Origin: Eledone cirrhosa
Lineage: Eukaryota
Reading direction: 5' to 3'
Assembly (NCBI GenBank): GCA_964016885.1
Contig: OZ024743.1
Span: forward strand, 283,216,001 to 283,280,000
Length of the DNA stretch: 64,000 nt
In this document: positions 38,991 through 51,888 of the stretch, one piece after another
How the letters are laid out: every line of letters starts with the position of its first letter
How positions within the stretch are numbered: position 1 is the first letter of the stretch
Made by a program: the position numbers and the translations under genes
The notes under the pieces: model-generated
Seen by the model: the letters and a program-made list of their open reading frames with translations, nothing else
What the model was told of the DNA's origin: nothing
The model's database searches: none

Positions 38991-40224
38991 AACACAAGGA
39001 GAGTGGCCGCCACGAGTCAGTAAGCTCCACACTTCCCCAACCTTACCTACCTCTCTCCAACATAAATCCAAAGAAACAGAGAGGTGGTACAGCATTTAGC
39101 TTCTCCACACTCCCACCTGACTGTATACTCCTGAATTTCCAGTCAGCATTCCCCTCATTTCTTTTCTCCGACCTGAAACCCAAAGAGGAAAAGAGATGGA
39201 ACAACTATTAGGTTCTCGCCTCCTAATATACTCCTGACTTCCTCACCCAACCCATGCTGGCATAGAAAACTAGGATGAATCTTAACTGAATCACCTTCCC
39301 TACCAAATCCTTTAGCCCCTCCCCAACACACTTTTCCTGTCCAACCCAGGCCATCACAGAAAACCAGGCACACACCACAATGACAAACAGCACTCCAACT
39401 CAGGATAGGGTAAAAAAACAGACACATCCCACAATGTCAGATGACATCCACCTACCTACTTGCTCCAAGACCCCCCCCCCCATGATCCAGTGCTCCCACT
39501 GCAAGTAGCATATAAATGCCTCCCACACATACATGCACATTTAGGCCATCAAGGGAAATCATGTACAGCCCACAATGTCAGACACCAACCACTTGCTTCA
39601 AGATCACCTCCATGACATAACACTCATCCCTTTAACAGTGCAGTGTCTTTACCACCCCCAAGCTCCAGCCCAACTCCCCACTTGTACCTCCACAGCCAGA
39701 CCAAGGACACTGAGTACCCTTGTGTTGTAATGAGATAATGCTGGTGCAATGGGAAAAAGCACCCAGTCCACCCTGTAAGGTGGCAGTGCTGGAGTTACAA
39801 TAAAATACACCAAGCACATGCTATGAAGAGGTTGGTGTTAGGAAGGGCATCTAGTCATAGAAAGCAAGTCAAAACTAAGCATACAACAGGACCTAGTCAC
39901 TTGATCAGTCTGGCTTCAATACACAACAGCCATCTAACCCATGCAAGCATGGAAAATAGATGTTGTGATGATGATGATGATATACTGGTGGATGTTTTAA
40001 ACACTAGTGTACTTCAAATGTTTAAACATTAAGTGAATGAACACTCGATACATGTGAGCAGAATGTAAGATTTATTTTTTAAAGAGAAAAATTACAGTGA
40101 CTTCGAAGTTTCATCTATTAAACCTTGAAGTAACTGTCACCTTTCTTTTCTGAAAAATTCACAACATAAAATGGTTACAAAAGGAATGTGGCATTGTGCC
40201 AGGCCCAAAGCAGGCCTAGGCCAA

Positions 40225-40463
40225 AGTGCAAATCTCAGCGTTACATTGTTTGTGTTGGTCCTTCGGCGTTCAAGCAGCAAGAGAATAAGTGATCTTTACA
40301 TTAGCATGGTCAGGATGCAAGAGAGATTTCTCAAATCGACGCGGGAATTTCTCCCTCAGGGCGCATAGGGATACATTCTCTTCTTCTGGCGCTGATTGGC
40401 TGAGCTGAGCCAAATCACGCACGGAGAATGTATCTATGAGTCAGCGGAATGTAGGTCACTACA
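40225..40463 (-). mobile_element. Possible solo-LTR-like insert
   Basis: GC-rich island ending CTACA (TGTAG on minus). Shares a 39-bp motif with 61585-61956. Left end uncertain. Confidence 0.4.
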
Positions 40464-40819
40464 TAAGCATAAATATGGATAAATATAAAGGAATATTTAG
40501 TAAGTAAAGCAAAAGGCAGGGTAAATAGCTGAAACTATAGAACATAAAATATTAAAAGGAAGAGATCATGAAATAGCATATCTAGGGAAAATTTAGCAAT
40601 GGTTGGATAGTAACATTAGTTTAATTTAGCCAAAGATGAAGAATTTTTTACATATATATATAATCATTGTCACGATGATCATCATTTAATGTCCGTTTTC
40701 TTTTTTAGCAAGGGTTTATATTTTTTCTGAAAAAAACATGTACTTAACCTTTTGTTTTACAGACTGAATATATAACATTCAGTTTCTTTGCATTATTTAG
40801 CCTTCTATCTCTTTCAACG

Positions 40820-40878
<59 letters not shown>

Positions 40879-40899
40879 TATATATATATATATATATAT

Positions 40900-41025
40900 A
40901 GTGAAGGCGTGTGGTTGAGTGGTTAGGGAATTGGATTCGCAATCGTAAGGTTGTGAGTTCGATTCCTGGACCAGGCGATGCGTTATGTCCTTGAGCAAAA
41001 CACTTTATTCCACGTTGCTCCTTCT
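40900..41025 (+). mobile_element. tRNA-derived SINE 5' half after (TA)n
   Basis: TGGTTGAGTGG A box, GAGTTCGATTCC B box and CCTTGAGCAAAACACTT core. Confidence 0.75.
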
Positions 41026-41524
41026 ACCTGGAGTTGCGACCGATAGATAGTATTAGCAATTGGAAAGACCAACGGAAACATTGTTCCCTCGGTCCGATTT
41101 GACGAAAGTCGATCGTTCCTTTAATATATATATATATATATATATAAAGCAAGTATTGCATCAAGAAAAATAAAACGTTGGTGTGAAGAGATTATGAATT
41201 TATTTGCTTTGACATATGTTTCTGTGTCTATTATAAATTGTCTACATATGCTGACTACAAAATATGCTGTTCAATCATATACAATACTTAATTATTTATT
41301 ACAGTAGTGGAATTCAACTATTCACTACGAGGTAGAATTCAGTAATGAGATTGTCGTTTAAGAAAATGTAAATAAGTTAAAAATAGCATGAAATACAGTT
41401 AGCTAATGTGATAGTAGAGAGGTGAGGGAGTGGGGGGTAAAGAGTTTCACACTATCAATCCATGTGCTGTGGTGTGGAACAATTATTTTTTGACTATTAT
41501 TATTATTATTATTAATCTATATAT

Positions 41525-41948
41525 ATTCGTATGGCCTGGATTTGGCCAGAACTTTCCATTGAATGGAGTAATTCACGTCTGCATCTTTGAATAATGATAT
41601 GTGGCTTGCCAGCTTCATGGACAATCGCTTTTCAGATTTTGTAAAGGTCGTTTGACCTCCTGCTGTTGGTTTGGTTGAGTGGATGTAATTTCAGTCTAAT
41701 AGACTACTGCAGATATGTTACACTGTTTTTGAAGAAGGCATGCTTCTGGCCTTCTGCAAGAGCATCTGAGTGGGGGAGAGCTCTTGGGGTTGATGGTGAT
41801 ATAGGCTTTCATATTTTTAGCACAGGAATATCCGAGTTTCACCCTATGTCTATTGAAGATAGGTCTGTATTTATGTCCTATGGGGAACTGTTTGTCTAGC
41901 AGTGCCAAAAATGTTCTACCTACATTGGTTCTAACACTGAGTGAGAAG
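41525..41948 (-). pseudogene. Hydra-type PLE fragment (linker + GIY-YIG start)
   Basis: LLDKQFPIGHKYRPIFNRHRVKLGYSC..CSCRRPEACLLQKQC..VVY. Same family as 49535-50699. Confidence 0.8.
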
Positions 41949-41989
41949 ATAAAAGAATCAAAGAATAAAAGGATACTATAGAATCAACA

Positions 41990-42200
41990 GTAACCTATAT
42001 GGTATTAGAAGTACCACAGTGTTCTGTGCTAGGACCTTTGCTGGTCCAGTTATACATACATGACTTGCCTAAATCAATTACCTCCTCCTTAGTAAGACCT
42101 TTACAGATGTATAAATGACTAAACAACAATGCTGATTCTCATTCCCTACAGAAAAAACATATATCAACATATATCACAAATGAAATTCAATACCACCAAA
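41990..42200 (+). pseudogene. Decayed CR1-like RT fragment
   Basis: VPQCSVLGPLL..YIHDLP, resembling RT motif B. Confidence 0.45.
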
Positions 42201-42458
42201 TCTATAGTGGCAACAATTGGCTTCCTGAAACATGACTACCCATATCAATTCAATAATATGTACATGTTAATCATTTATATGGCATTTACAGATATATTAT
42301 AGTTCTTATCAGCTCTATTACATAAACCCGGCGTGAGGTGATGAAAGTGATGTGTGTTCAAGGGTGAATCTTTTTCTAACATATATACATATCTGTGTGT
42401 GTGTATATATATACACACACACACACACATATATATATTTATACATATATATATACAA

Positions 42459-42490
<32 letters not shown>

Positions 42491-42493
<3 letters not shown>

Positions 42494-42690
42494 GGAAAAG
42501 AGTCAGGACCCTGACAGCTGAGCTCCAGCCATTTCAACAGCTAGATCCAAATTGGATCTAGCCTTCGAAATAGCCGGAGCTCAGCCATCGGGGTCCTGAC
42601 TCTTTTCCTATTACCCACTCTACTACCCTAAGTATCGAGTACTCTAGTGCATTATGGTCTAACTGGTTTCTTACCACACTTTCTTTGTTA
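42491..42690. mobile_element. Minimal fold-back (about 120-bp palindrome + tail) in (TA)n, PLE-pLTR-like
   Basis: Imperfect palindrome 42491-42611 centred on CCAA-A-TTGG, with a one-sided extension to (TA)n. Confidence 0.65.
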
Positions 42691-44149
42691 TATATATATG
42701 TGTGTGTATTTATACATATGTATGTATATTATAATAAATAAGTACATATGTATATACACACACAAACATGCACGCACACACACACATAGTTTAATGGAAA
42801 TCACGAGTCTGATGAGCAATTGATTCCAGAGTCAAGCTTGATCAATATGCTGATCAATCACAAAATGTGTGTCACACCTGAATAAACTTAATGATGATAC
42901 TTTGACACCTCGTTCTTACTTCATGTTTCTCTCTTTTGATACTGTCCCCAAGACCCTAACAACAATCAACATTATTATTATTATCAACGACGGTGAATTG
43001 GCAGGATCGGTAGAGGGTCGGACGCCATGCTTTCCAGCATAGTTATGTCCCTTTACGATCTGAGTTCAAATCCCATCGAGGTCAACTTTGCCTTTCATCT
43101 TTACAGGATTAATTGCCTGGGGTAATTGCTGGCCTTGTGCCAAAAGAAGAAACAATTATTATTATTATCATTAGTGCCAGACACTATGCTTTGCGCCATA
43201 GAGTTATGGCCCTTTATATCCTGAGTTCAAATCCCGTTGAGGTTAGCTTTGCCTTTCATTTTTATGGGGTTGATAAATAAAGCACCATTAACAGACTGGG
43301 GTCGATTTAATCGACTTTCCTGTCCCCCAAAATTGCTGACCTTGTACCTATAGTAGAAATTATTATTATTATAATATATATATATAGAGATTGCATTTTT
43401 TGGTTTGTAATCCAAATTCAATAAACAAACCAGCTTTTTCCCGTTCTGAGGATTGAAAGCAAAACCTTTTGCTTTTAAGAAACCACTGGTAAATGGAATA
43501 ATTGCCTTATGTTGTTTATTACATAATAATAATAATATATATATATGCAAAGAGAGAAAGAAAGAGAGACGGAGAGAGAGCAGTTTTATTTTCGTTTAAA
43601 TAGCTAAAAATAGCTCACAGACAATTAATCTCTGATTGGTTCAAGTAACAAGTAACAAGTAACACGTAACAACAGTGAAACTAAAATGCCATTTTCACTA
43701 AAAATGTTTTATTCTCTTCTTTAACTGTTTATTAATTGTAATTTACTGTAATTTTGTGGTTGAAATAAATTAACTCAATTGTAAATTTTTGTGCTCCTTA
43801 CCTGACCTGAAATAATATTTCATTTGTTCACAAATATAAAACAGTCGATATCAAGTCGTAAGCAAATAATAGCTCAGAAAGATTTTAAAATTCTAGCATC
43901 TTAAAACATGTATTTGTCAATACATGTATTTGTCAATACGAACAGACACTCTGACAAATACATTTAATTTGAATAAATTGGTGCCCCTCTTCTCTCAATG
44001 CCCTAAACATGTTTATTTTGCTTAATGCTTAATCCTGTTTCATCAGGTCAGTTCAATACCTTGGACCAATTCACTGTCTTGTGCCATCAGTAAGCTTCTT
44101 TGATTTGAGTGAGTATTTAAGATAGCTAACATTTTAACATCCCACCCCT

Positions 44150-44990
44150 TGGGTGACACCATTAGTAAGCTGGCAGACAAAGATGAAGCTGTGGTGGCAT
44201 AGCAGTTTCTCTATAGTGTCAAAGGCCTTCAGTAACTCCTCAGACACCTATTCTATCACAAATTACCTTCTGAATAAATCCTTCTCTAAATAAACCTGTA
44301 AACACCATCATACACCAACTAATCCCCTCTTCCGTACTCCCTCTCACACAGTCACCGACCTCATCATCTAGACACCATATACTTCACCCCGTTGTTACCA
44401 CTTGAAACTGTCTCATCTGCAAGCAGCTAAGCCAACTCTTCACATCCTTGGTTTCCACTCTTCCCACTTACATTCACAACACCAATAGTCTCCTGTTTCT
44501 GCAGCTCCTTTTCCTTCCTTCTCATTCACTCCCAAATCTTGTTCACCATGGATATCATGCCTGTGATCCTCCACAACAATAGTTCCCTTTCTCTCAAATG
44601 CATCCCCAACTGCCATATTACTCTTAAGTCCATTACCTTTAACTTTCTCTGCCTCCTCACTGAACTCATAACCACCTTCAGCTGCTTCCTCTATATCAAG
44701 GAAATCTGTCACCAGGAGACTGGAGTGGCCAAAGGAACAAGAATGAGTGTCAACTATACAAACCTATTCATTGGTTACACTGAGGCCCAGATCTTCATCC
44801 AGTTCACCAGACCCAGTCATTACATTAATGACTGTATCAGCATCACCTCTCTCACTAATAAACAACTTACATCTTTCCACTATGCTTTAGAATTCCTATT
44901 CATTGTCGCAACCACCTCTGCCAACTTTCTAGACATCTAAATTTCTACTGATCAGCCCAACCACATCTATTTTTTATAAACCCTCATGCC
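44150..44990 (+). pseudogene. Decayed PLE RT (Neptune-like)
   Basis: ADKDEAVV, LFTMDI, QETGVAKGTRMSVNYTNLFIG, YINDCI and NFLDI. Confidence 0.7.
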
Positions 44991-45179
44991 TTGTGTTCAC
45001 CCAAGGCTGGACTTTCACCTGTTGAAGCCCTAAGCTATATGTAATTTGAGGCCTTCTCTAAAAGAATATAATAATTACTTTTTATATAAATGTTAATGAT
45101 AAAGAATATAAAATATACATATATATGTAATTTTTGATGATTTAGTGTTAAAGAATAAAAACCACAAGAATACGATCAT

Positions 45180-45530
45180 GAATAAAAGCGGCCAAAATGG
45201 GGTTCCTCTGAAGGGTCTTTGGAGTAACATAACTTGATAGGGTGTGTAGCCCAGAGATCAGAGAGTCACTTCAGGTAAAGCTGCTACTACTCTGAATTGA
45301 GAGATCACGGCTCCGATACTATGGGCATGTGGTTAGAATGTCTCAGGAAAGAATTGGTGTACAGATTTTACGGGCAAAACCAACCGGTAGGAAACCCAGG
45401 GTTAGACCCCGGGTAAGATGGTTGGATAACACACATGAGCTTGGCGGTTACTTCTAAAAGACCCATTGGAAGGAGTGTTTGAGAGCTCTGTCTCCATGAC
45501 CCTCTCAGGAATAAGTGAGCAAAGAAGAGC
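45180..45530 (+). mobile_element. RTE-like LINE 3' fragment (second family)
   Basis: LRIERSRLRYYGHVVRMSQERI..GRKPRVRPRVRWLD. Confidence 0.7.
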
Positions 45531-45599
45531 TAATGATAAAATAAAAATATATCTTTAAATATGTGGCTCTAAAATGTAGCTTATTTAGCCCAAAGGTAA

Positions 45600-46200
45600 G
45601 TCCAGCACTGTGCCTACCCCCACCTGTAACCAACTTTTGTTCCTTTTCTCCTACCATCCCTCTGCATTACCTCTACAGTGTACCAGGATTTGGCAGCGGC
45701 AATGAATGACAGACCCACGTGGAGATCAATCGTTGAGTCGATTTCGGCTGAGGCCGCCGGATGATGATGATGAGGTCTCCTCAAATTTGACCTCACTATT
45801 TCCCAATTCTTCTCTGAATGCCTTCTCCATTCCTTCATATGTTTCAAAAATCTGTGCAATTTGCTGGTCTAATATTCTTCCTCTCCTCCATACACTAAAG
45901 CCAAATATTTTGAATGTTCCCGTCTCTGATGCAACATCTAGTTTTTTATCCTTAACTCCGCATCCCAACAAGACTTAACAACTTCGATTGGTTCACATGT
46001 ACTCAGGGAAACATTATCTATAGTATAATATTCTGACTGTGTGGCTAGGTGTTTTTGAGACTGATGGAGACTAGATGATTGATTTAGTAAAGCTCTACAA
46101 AACAACAATGAATCCCTTGTGACCTGTCACTTCCACTCACCTGACCACACTTTTATGCACCTCTCCATTTCAGGCATTGCCCTACACCAAGGTTCTCATG
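45600..46200 (+). pseudogene. Decayed PLE C-terminus (GIY-YIG), probably continuing the 44150 element
   Basis: FTCTQGNIIYSI..ET..RL..CHFHSPDH. Confidence 0.5.
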
Positions 46201-46729
46201 TTTCTTGGCTTCAGCACAAATAACAACTAATGTTTGGTCTTGGCACAATACATATACAAGGTTTAACAACCGACTTGCATTGTGGATTGGCAGTATCGGT
46301 AGAGGGTCGGACGCCATGTTTTCCAGCATAGTTACGTCCCTTTACGATCTAAGTTCAAATCCCGCCGAGGTTGACTTTGCCTTTCATCCTTACGGGGTCG
46401 ATAAAATAAAGTACCAGTAATGCACTGGGTAATTGCTGGCCTTGTGCCTAAAGTAGAAACAATTATCTATCTGCACACGTCTACACACACCTCTGTGCCC
46501 ACATATCCATATACGAAGTATTACCACCCATCACAACACCCTCAACACACAAACTATTACCACCCATTCAATCCATACACACAGCATACACACACACACA
46601 TACAGCCTTCATACATTTATAAGTAGTCCACACCCACTCATATATGCATTCTTACGCACAGCTGTGAAACGTTCGTTCATAGTCCCATTCTCGCCCTTCA
46701 CACCTACACAAACACGGACAAACTCTGTG

Positions 46730-47060
46730 TTCACCTTGGCGGCTAGTCTAACCAAGGTAATGAGTGATGCTCATGAGGACACTTGGTTCTTCCAGTACAT
46801 TAGCCTCACCATCACCCAAGGTAATGCTGCGAGCGTGCTGGCTTGCCTCAAAAATTAGTAGAAAGGTTTCCCAGTGCTCCTTGCGATACTGTTATCTTTT
46901 GCTCGGTAGTGGTTTGTTTTCCCACCCCTTTCGCCTCCTTTTTGTTTTATGTGGTCCTAGAGATATGTATTACCTGCTTTGTATATATTATATGGGTTTG
47001 TGTTTTCGTTCTGTAACTATTATATTATTATATTTTTTATATAACTGTGAATAAAAGATT
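46730..47060 (+). mobile_element. CRE-like non-LTR 3' end
   Basis: WFFQYISLTITQGNAASVL, resembling the FQRISxAIQRGNA terminus, then a stop and an AATAAA-containing UTR. Confidence 0.55.
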
Positions 47061-47399
47061 TTCCATATTCTAAAAATCCTTTATTTCTTTTATTCCAATC
47101 TCGCGCTTGATGACACCTTCCTTTTATTTTCCTTCACTCCATGTAAGCCATTCCTCAAATTATGTATTTTTCTCTTCCCTTTCAAAATTAATTGTTTTCT
47201 CTTTCTTTTTCGTCGAAGGATTATTATCTGAAACGTTGATCACTTCCGATTTCTTATTTCTAATAATATACTCTGTCTATTCCTGTTATTTCATTTTGTT
47301 CCTAATACTTTTTCACTGGAGTGACAGAATCCTTGATAATAGATATTTGATTGAGTATGAGGATTAACTGTAGAGCAGTTTCTAGGAACCGTTTCATAT

Positions 47400-49000
47400 T
47401 TTTGTCATACTTAAGTTGCTGTAATTGGGGAGATTTTACATAATGAAAGCTGTACCCATTTTCATAAGAGAAAGCATCTCTCACCTATCCCAAAGGCTAT
47501 TGCAAATCTTCCAGTTGGGCGGAGAGTGTTGACAGGTCTGCTATATTTATTAAGGAAGTTAACCATTGCTGAATCTAATTATACAGATATTGAGAGGACG
47601 GAGTCAGCAATTGTATTGGCCACAAACGACACCCGTCCCTTTTCTTCCGTACAAAATTCCTGCTTAGGTCTAATTATAGATCTCGAAAATTTAAATAAAT
47701 ACTCATGCAAAGGCTTTCCAATGGCTATAATTTCGAGAATACTGAGGAGAGTCACATTAATGACAGAATTTATTTTCGATATTATATATGTCAAAGAAAA
47801 TTCCGTTCCTCATGTTGGTGTGCTCTCATGGCTACATTTTAGACAGAAATTGTAAAATGATGTTGATGACAATATCTTCGGGGCTAAGGTGCTGAAATAA
47901 TTTGTTGTAGGAAGCAAAAGAACCTACCAGGGGCCAGTGATGTCACATCTGAAGTTTGCAGGTTGTTTGAGTGCTCTTTGGTCAGGAAGCCACAGGTGAA
48001 CATCCGCGCAGAGAGATTCAATCTGGACTCATGTGGAAATACAAAGGTAGGTCCCTTCGTTTCCTATGTGAATATCAAACACTGAATAGGAGCTGGTAGA
48101 TTACGTTTGACTAGCCTAGCTTCAAAAACACCGCGTGTTCTGATCTTAAGCATAATCGTTTCCAAAGTTAAAAAATAATACTTGGAGTAAGAGAGCAAGT
48201 CAAATATAGATTAACTCTGGAAACTGATATTCTTCTCAATTGTGGTTTTATTATTTGTTTTAAATAAGGGCTGTGGATTACAGTAACGGTAGAGTATCGG
48301 ACAACATACTTTGCAACATATAGTTACAGCCCTTTATGTTCCGAGTTCAAATCCTGCCGAGGTTAGCTTTATCGTTCATCCTTATGGGATCGATAAAATA
48401 AATTACCAGAAACACACTGAGGTCGATTTAATTGACTTTCCTCTCTCCAAAATTGTTGGACTTGTGCCTAAATCAGAAACCATGATTCTGTTTGAAGTAT
48501 CCAGGAGGTTTATCATTAAAAGTGTTCACGATGGTGTCCATTTCAGCATTACTGAAACATGCAATCGCCTAAAGCATAAAGCACTATGGCGTGGATAGTT
48601 ATGCAAAGACAAATACAGCATACATAGGTGCCTTAATGTGCAAAAAAAAAAAAAAATAATCAGTTATGTATTGCTATATCTGAAGAACAGGTTTCATTCG
48701 GCATCCAATTAGTTGGATCTATAAACTCGAGTACGCACATATATATGTTGAGAGTATCGGATTGATGCATATTATAGGGGATTCCTTTTTAGAGTGATGA
48801 GACGTTGTCCATTTTCCTGATGTGATCAATTCAACTGTGGCACGAAATAATGTGCCAACGTTTTAATATCAGACAATGCCTTCAAATTTCATGACAATAA
48901 TTTCTGTTCTTGGCTACAGAAAATTGAAGGCATTCTTTACAAATAGAATTGCTGAACAAATGATTCAAATAATTAAAATGCAGTTAAAGGTGATTTTCTC
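47400..49000 (+). pseudogene. Heavily decayed Ty3/Gypsy pol (RNase H to integrase), interrupted by a SINE
   Basis: RKLTIAESNYTDIER..AIV, SRILR..F.FDIIYVK..VPH and ILISDNA. Boundaries are approximate. Confidence 0.55.
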
Positions 49001-49325
49001 CCAGTTAATCATTTTTGCCCCAACTATTACTCAGTGATTGTACTGCTCTTTTATATTAACTCGTTACAAAGTCCTTCTGTACCGATGGAGTGTCAAATTC
49101 ATACACCCTTGACCGTGTTCTATTACATAGATGGAGTGGTATAATACACAATAATGGTTTCTCTGAAGGAAATCGAGACAGAGATGTATGTTGTTGCAAA
49201 AACCAATGATGGTAGTGAGAATAATATTCTTTGTTCAACCTGAGTCTTAAATTTATTTACGCATGTGTAATGTTATTTATACAACTGTGAATAAAATCTC
49301 TCTCTCTCTCTTACATATATATATA

Positions 49326-51013
49326 TAGAAGTAGTAACACAACAGTTAGTTCACCATACCGAGAACACTTGTTTCACCTTATGCAGGAAGAACAACCGTA
49401 TGAATGCACATGCGCAGAAACAGTCACTTCACCCAAGCGATACAAAACCACGGGCGAAAGGTGTAAGGGAGATAACTGCGAGTGTCCGGAATAAAATGTT
49501 CAAGTTGATTAGACAATTAGAATGTTGTTGTTATTCAATCCGGAGCTTTGTAGTTATGCAAGAGGTGCTTCCAGACATGTGGACAATGTGAGAAGATTTC
49601 ATTTCTTGAATTTAGGCAATCGCTATTGTGTAATCTCCTTAGAATATTTATCCTTTCTTCAATACACAGTCCACAAGATGGATTGCCCCTTGCATATGGC
49701 TTGGACTTAGTGATAGCTTTCCATTGAATGGAGTAGTCTATACCTGAGACCTTGAGGGACCACACATGGCTCGCGAGCTTTATGGATGATCATTTGTCCG
49801 GGTACTTAAAGGCCGACTGATGGTTCAGGAAGCGTTCCTTAAAACGGCCCTCCACTATACCCACATAGGATTTGACCTCCTGTGGTTGATTTGGTCGGTT
49901 GGAAGTGACCACAGCTTCATAAACTACAGTGGGTGTGTTGCAGTGCTGTTGAAGGGGACAAGCTTCAGGCTTACGGCAAGAGCATCCTGATGGGTTGCCG
50001 CTCTTAGGACTGTTGGTGATGTGGGCCTTCATATTCTTAGTGCATGAGTACCCTAGTTTTACTCTGTGTCTGTTAAAGAACGGAGCGGTATTTGTGACCT
50101 ATGGGAACGTGTCTATCTAAGAGGGTTAACAAATTTTTTCCTACATTAGTTTTAACGTTAAGTGAGAAGGGAGGAGAGAACCAGATAGTTTGTCTATTGT
50201 TACGATTTCTTTTCTTATTGCTGTTGTTGCTAGTTTGGGAGTAAGTAATTGGTTGCGAGAAACCGCTGTTAGCTAACACCGTGTTATAGTAGGGGGCCGC
50301 TCTGTCAAAGATAGCTTTATTAGGGGAGAAGTTAGAGATTCTAGTACTGATATTATTTACGATGTTTCTAAAACCAGTAGGAGGGTGGCATGAGTTCTTG
50401 TGTATGTAATTAAGTTTTTTGTTTAGCTTATGGAAGGGTCTGAAGGTATGTGTGCGAAGGTCTAAATTAATGTCTAAGAAATCTACGCCAGAGAGGTTGG
50501 TAGCTACCGTTATCCTAAGTCGTAACTCATTAAAAGTAGAAGTTAAATCTTTTTTAAACTGGTCCAGGTCGTGACCACTTTTATGGCTCGATAAGGTTAG
50601 ACCATTGTCGCGTAATATATCTAAAATAAATAAACCAACCAAGTCGCATGCCTACGTCAGCACTGTCGAACGATCCCATGGAGACGTCGGATAGTTCTGA
50701 AGCTCCGGATTGAATAACAACAACATTCTAATCAACTCGAACATTTTATTCCGGACATTCGCAGTTATCTCCCTTACACCTTTCGCCCGTGGTTTTGTAT
50801 CGCTTGGGTGAAGTGACCGTTTCTGCGCATGCGCGTTCATATGGTTTTTCCTCCTATTCCGTATAAACATTACCAGTCCGAGCTGAAGACCCGCATAAGG
50901 TGAAACAATTGTTTTCGATATGGTGAACTAACTGTTGTGTTACTACTTCTACCAAACTCATCCCATGGACTGAGTGCTCTACCACTACGGATATTACCTT
51001 CCAGTGTTTTACC
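49326..51013 (-). mobile_element. 5'-truncated Hydra-type PLE with inverted pLTR, in (TA)n/(TC)n
   Basis: Arms 49326-49548 and 50700-50951. Frameshifted ORF with DVSMGSFDSA, DFLDINL, CSCRKPEACPL, VVY..SYVG..FKERFLNH and CGLCIEE. Confidence 0.88.
50879..50917 (+). ncRNA. Minimal type I hammerhead-like motif
   Basis: CGAG-CUGAAGA-CCCGCAUAAGGU-GAAA-CAAUUG-UU-UUCG: palindromic ACAAUUGU stem III, weak stem II. Confidence 0.55.
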
Positions 51014-51643
51014 TCTCTCTCTCTATATATATATATAAGCAGAAGGGATATTCAATTTGTTGGTAATTCAACAAATATAAATGTTTATAACTGATTCAGA
51101 GTACTCGACAAATTTTCTGGAGTATAATATTCAATGATATTAAATAAATGGAAACTATATTTATAAAACCATATTTATTCTATTATATATAATACAAGGG
51201 TACCAAAAACTTTGGTACGCTTTCATCAGATAAAATACAAAGTGTGTTTTATAAATTTTGACATAGCCAAGGAACATACCTTAACGGTTGAAGTTTTCCT
51301 TAAGGTATGTTCCTTGGCTATGTCAAAATTTATAAAACACACTTTGTATTGTATCTGATGAAAGCGTACCAAAGTTTTTGGTAGCCTTGTAATATATATA
51401 ACAGAATAAATATGGTTTTATAAATATATTTCGTTTCTGAATTTGTTTAGCAAGATTCTTTATCTGAAATCGTGTGTTGAAACCGATATTGTTATACTTT
51501 GGGAGGGTCATGTTGCCAATAAGAAACACACGCACCAGTTGCTTTCACTTCAATTTATTATATATTTATAAATTTATAAATTTATAAATCTATAAATTTC
51601 TGGTTGGTTGGTTGGTTCCACAACCAGATAGTTGTTTATATAT

Positions 51644-51688
51644 AGTCATAGTTCTTTCGTCACACACTCTGTGACCTCTTCAGTGACT
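51644..51688 (-). ncRNA. Minimal type I hammerhead ribozyme, sense pLTR
   Basis: Mirror of 54337-54381. Confidence 0.7.
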
Positions 51689-51888
51689 GGGGATTCCTTT
51701 CTTTGTTTCTGTGCCTCTCCTTTGTTCTGTCCTACGCCATTTTGTTTCTGTGTGTGTGTTGTGTGCTCCGTCTGCGCATGCGCCACATCCGGGTGTCTGT
51801 GTGTGTTTATGTTCATTTATTTATTTGTTTATTTACATGTTACTGGTTGGTTGTTTGTTCTATGTGTGTGTGTGTTTTCATTTTGTCC

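Noticed and set aside
51345-51410. Active hammerhead in the ORF-less fold-back
   Set aside because: The GAAA box is mutated (GTAA/GTAT) in both arms.
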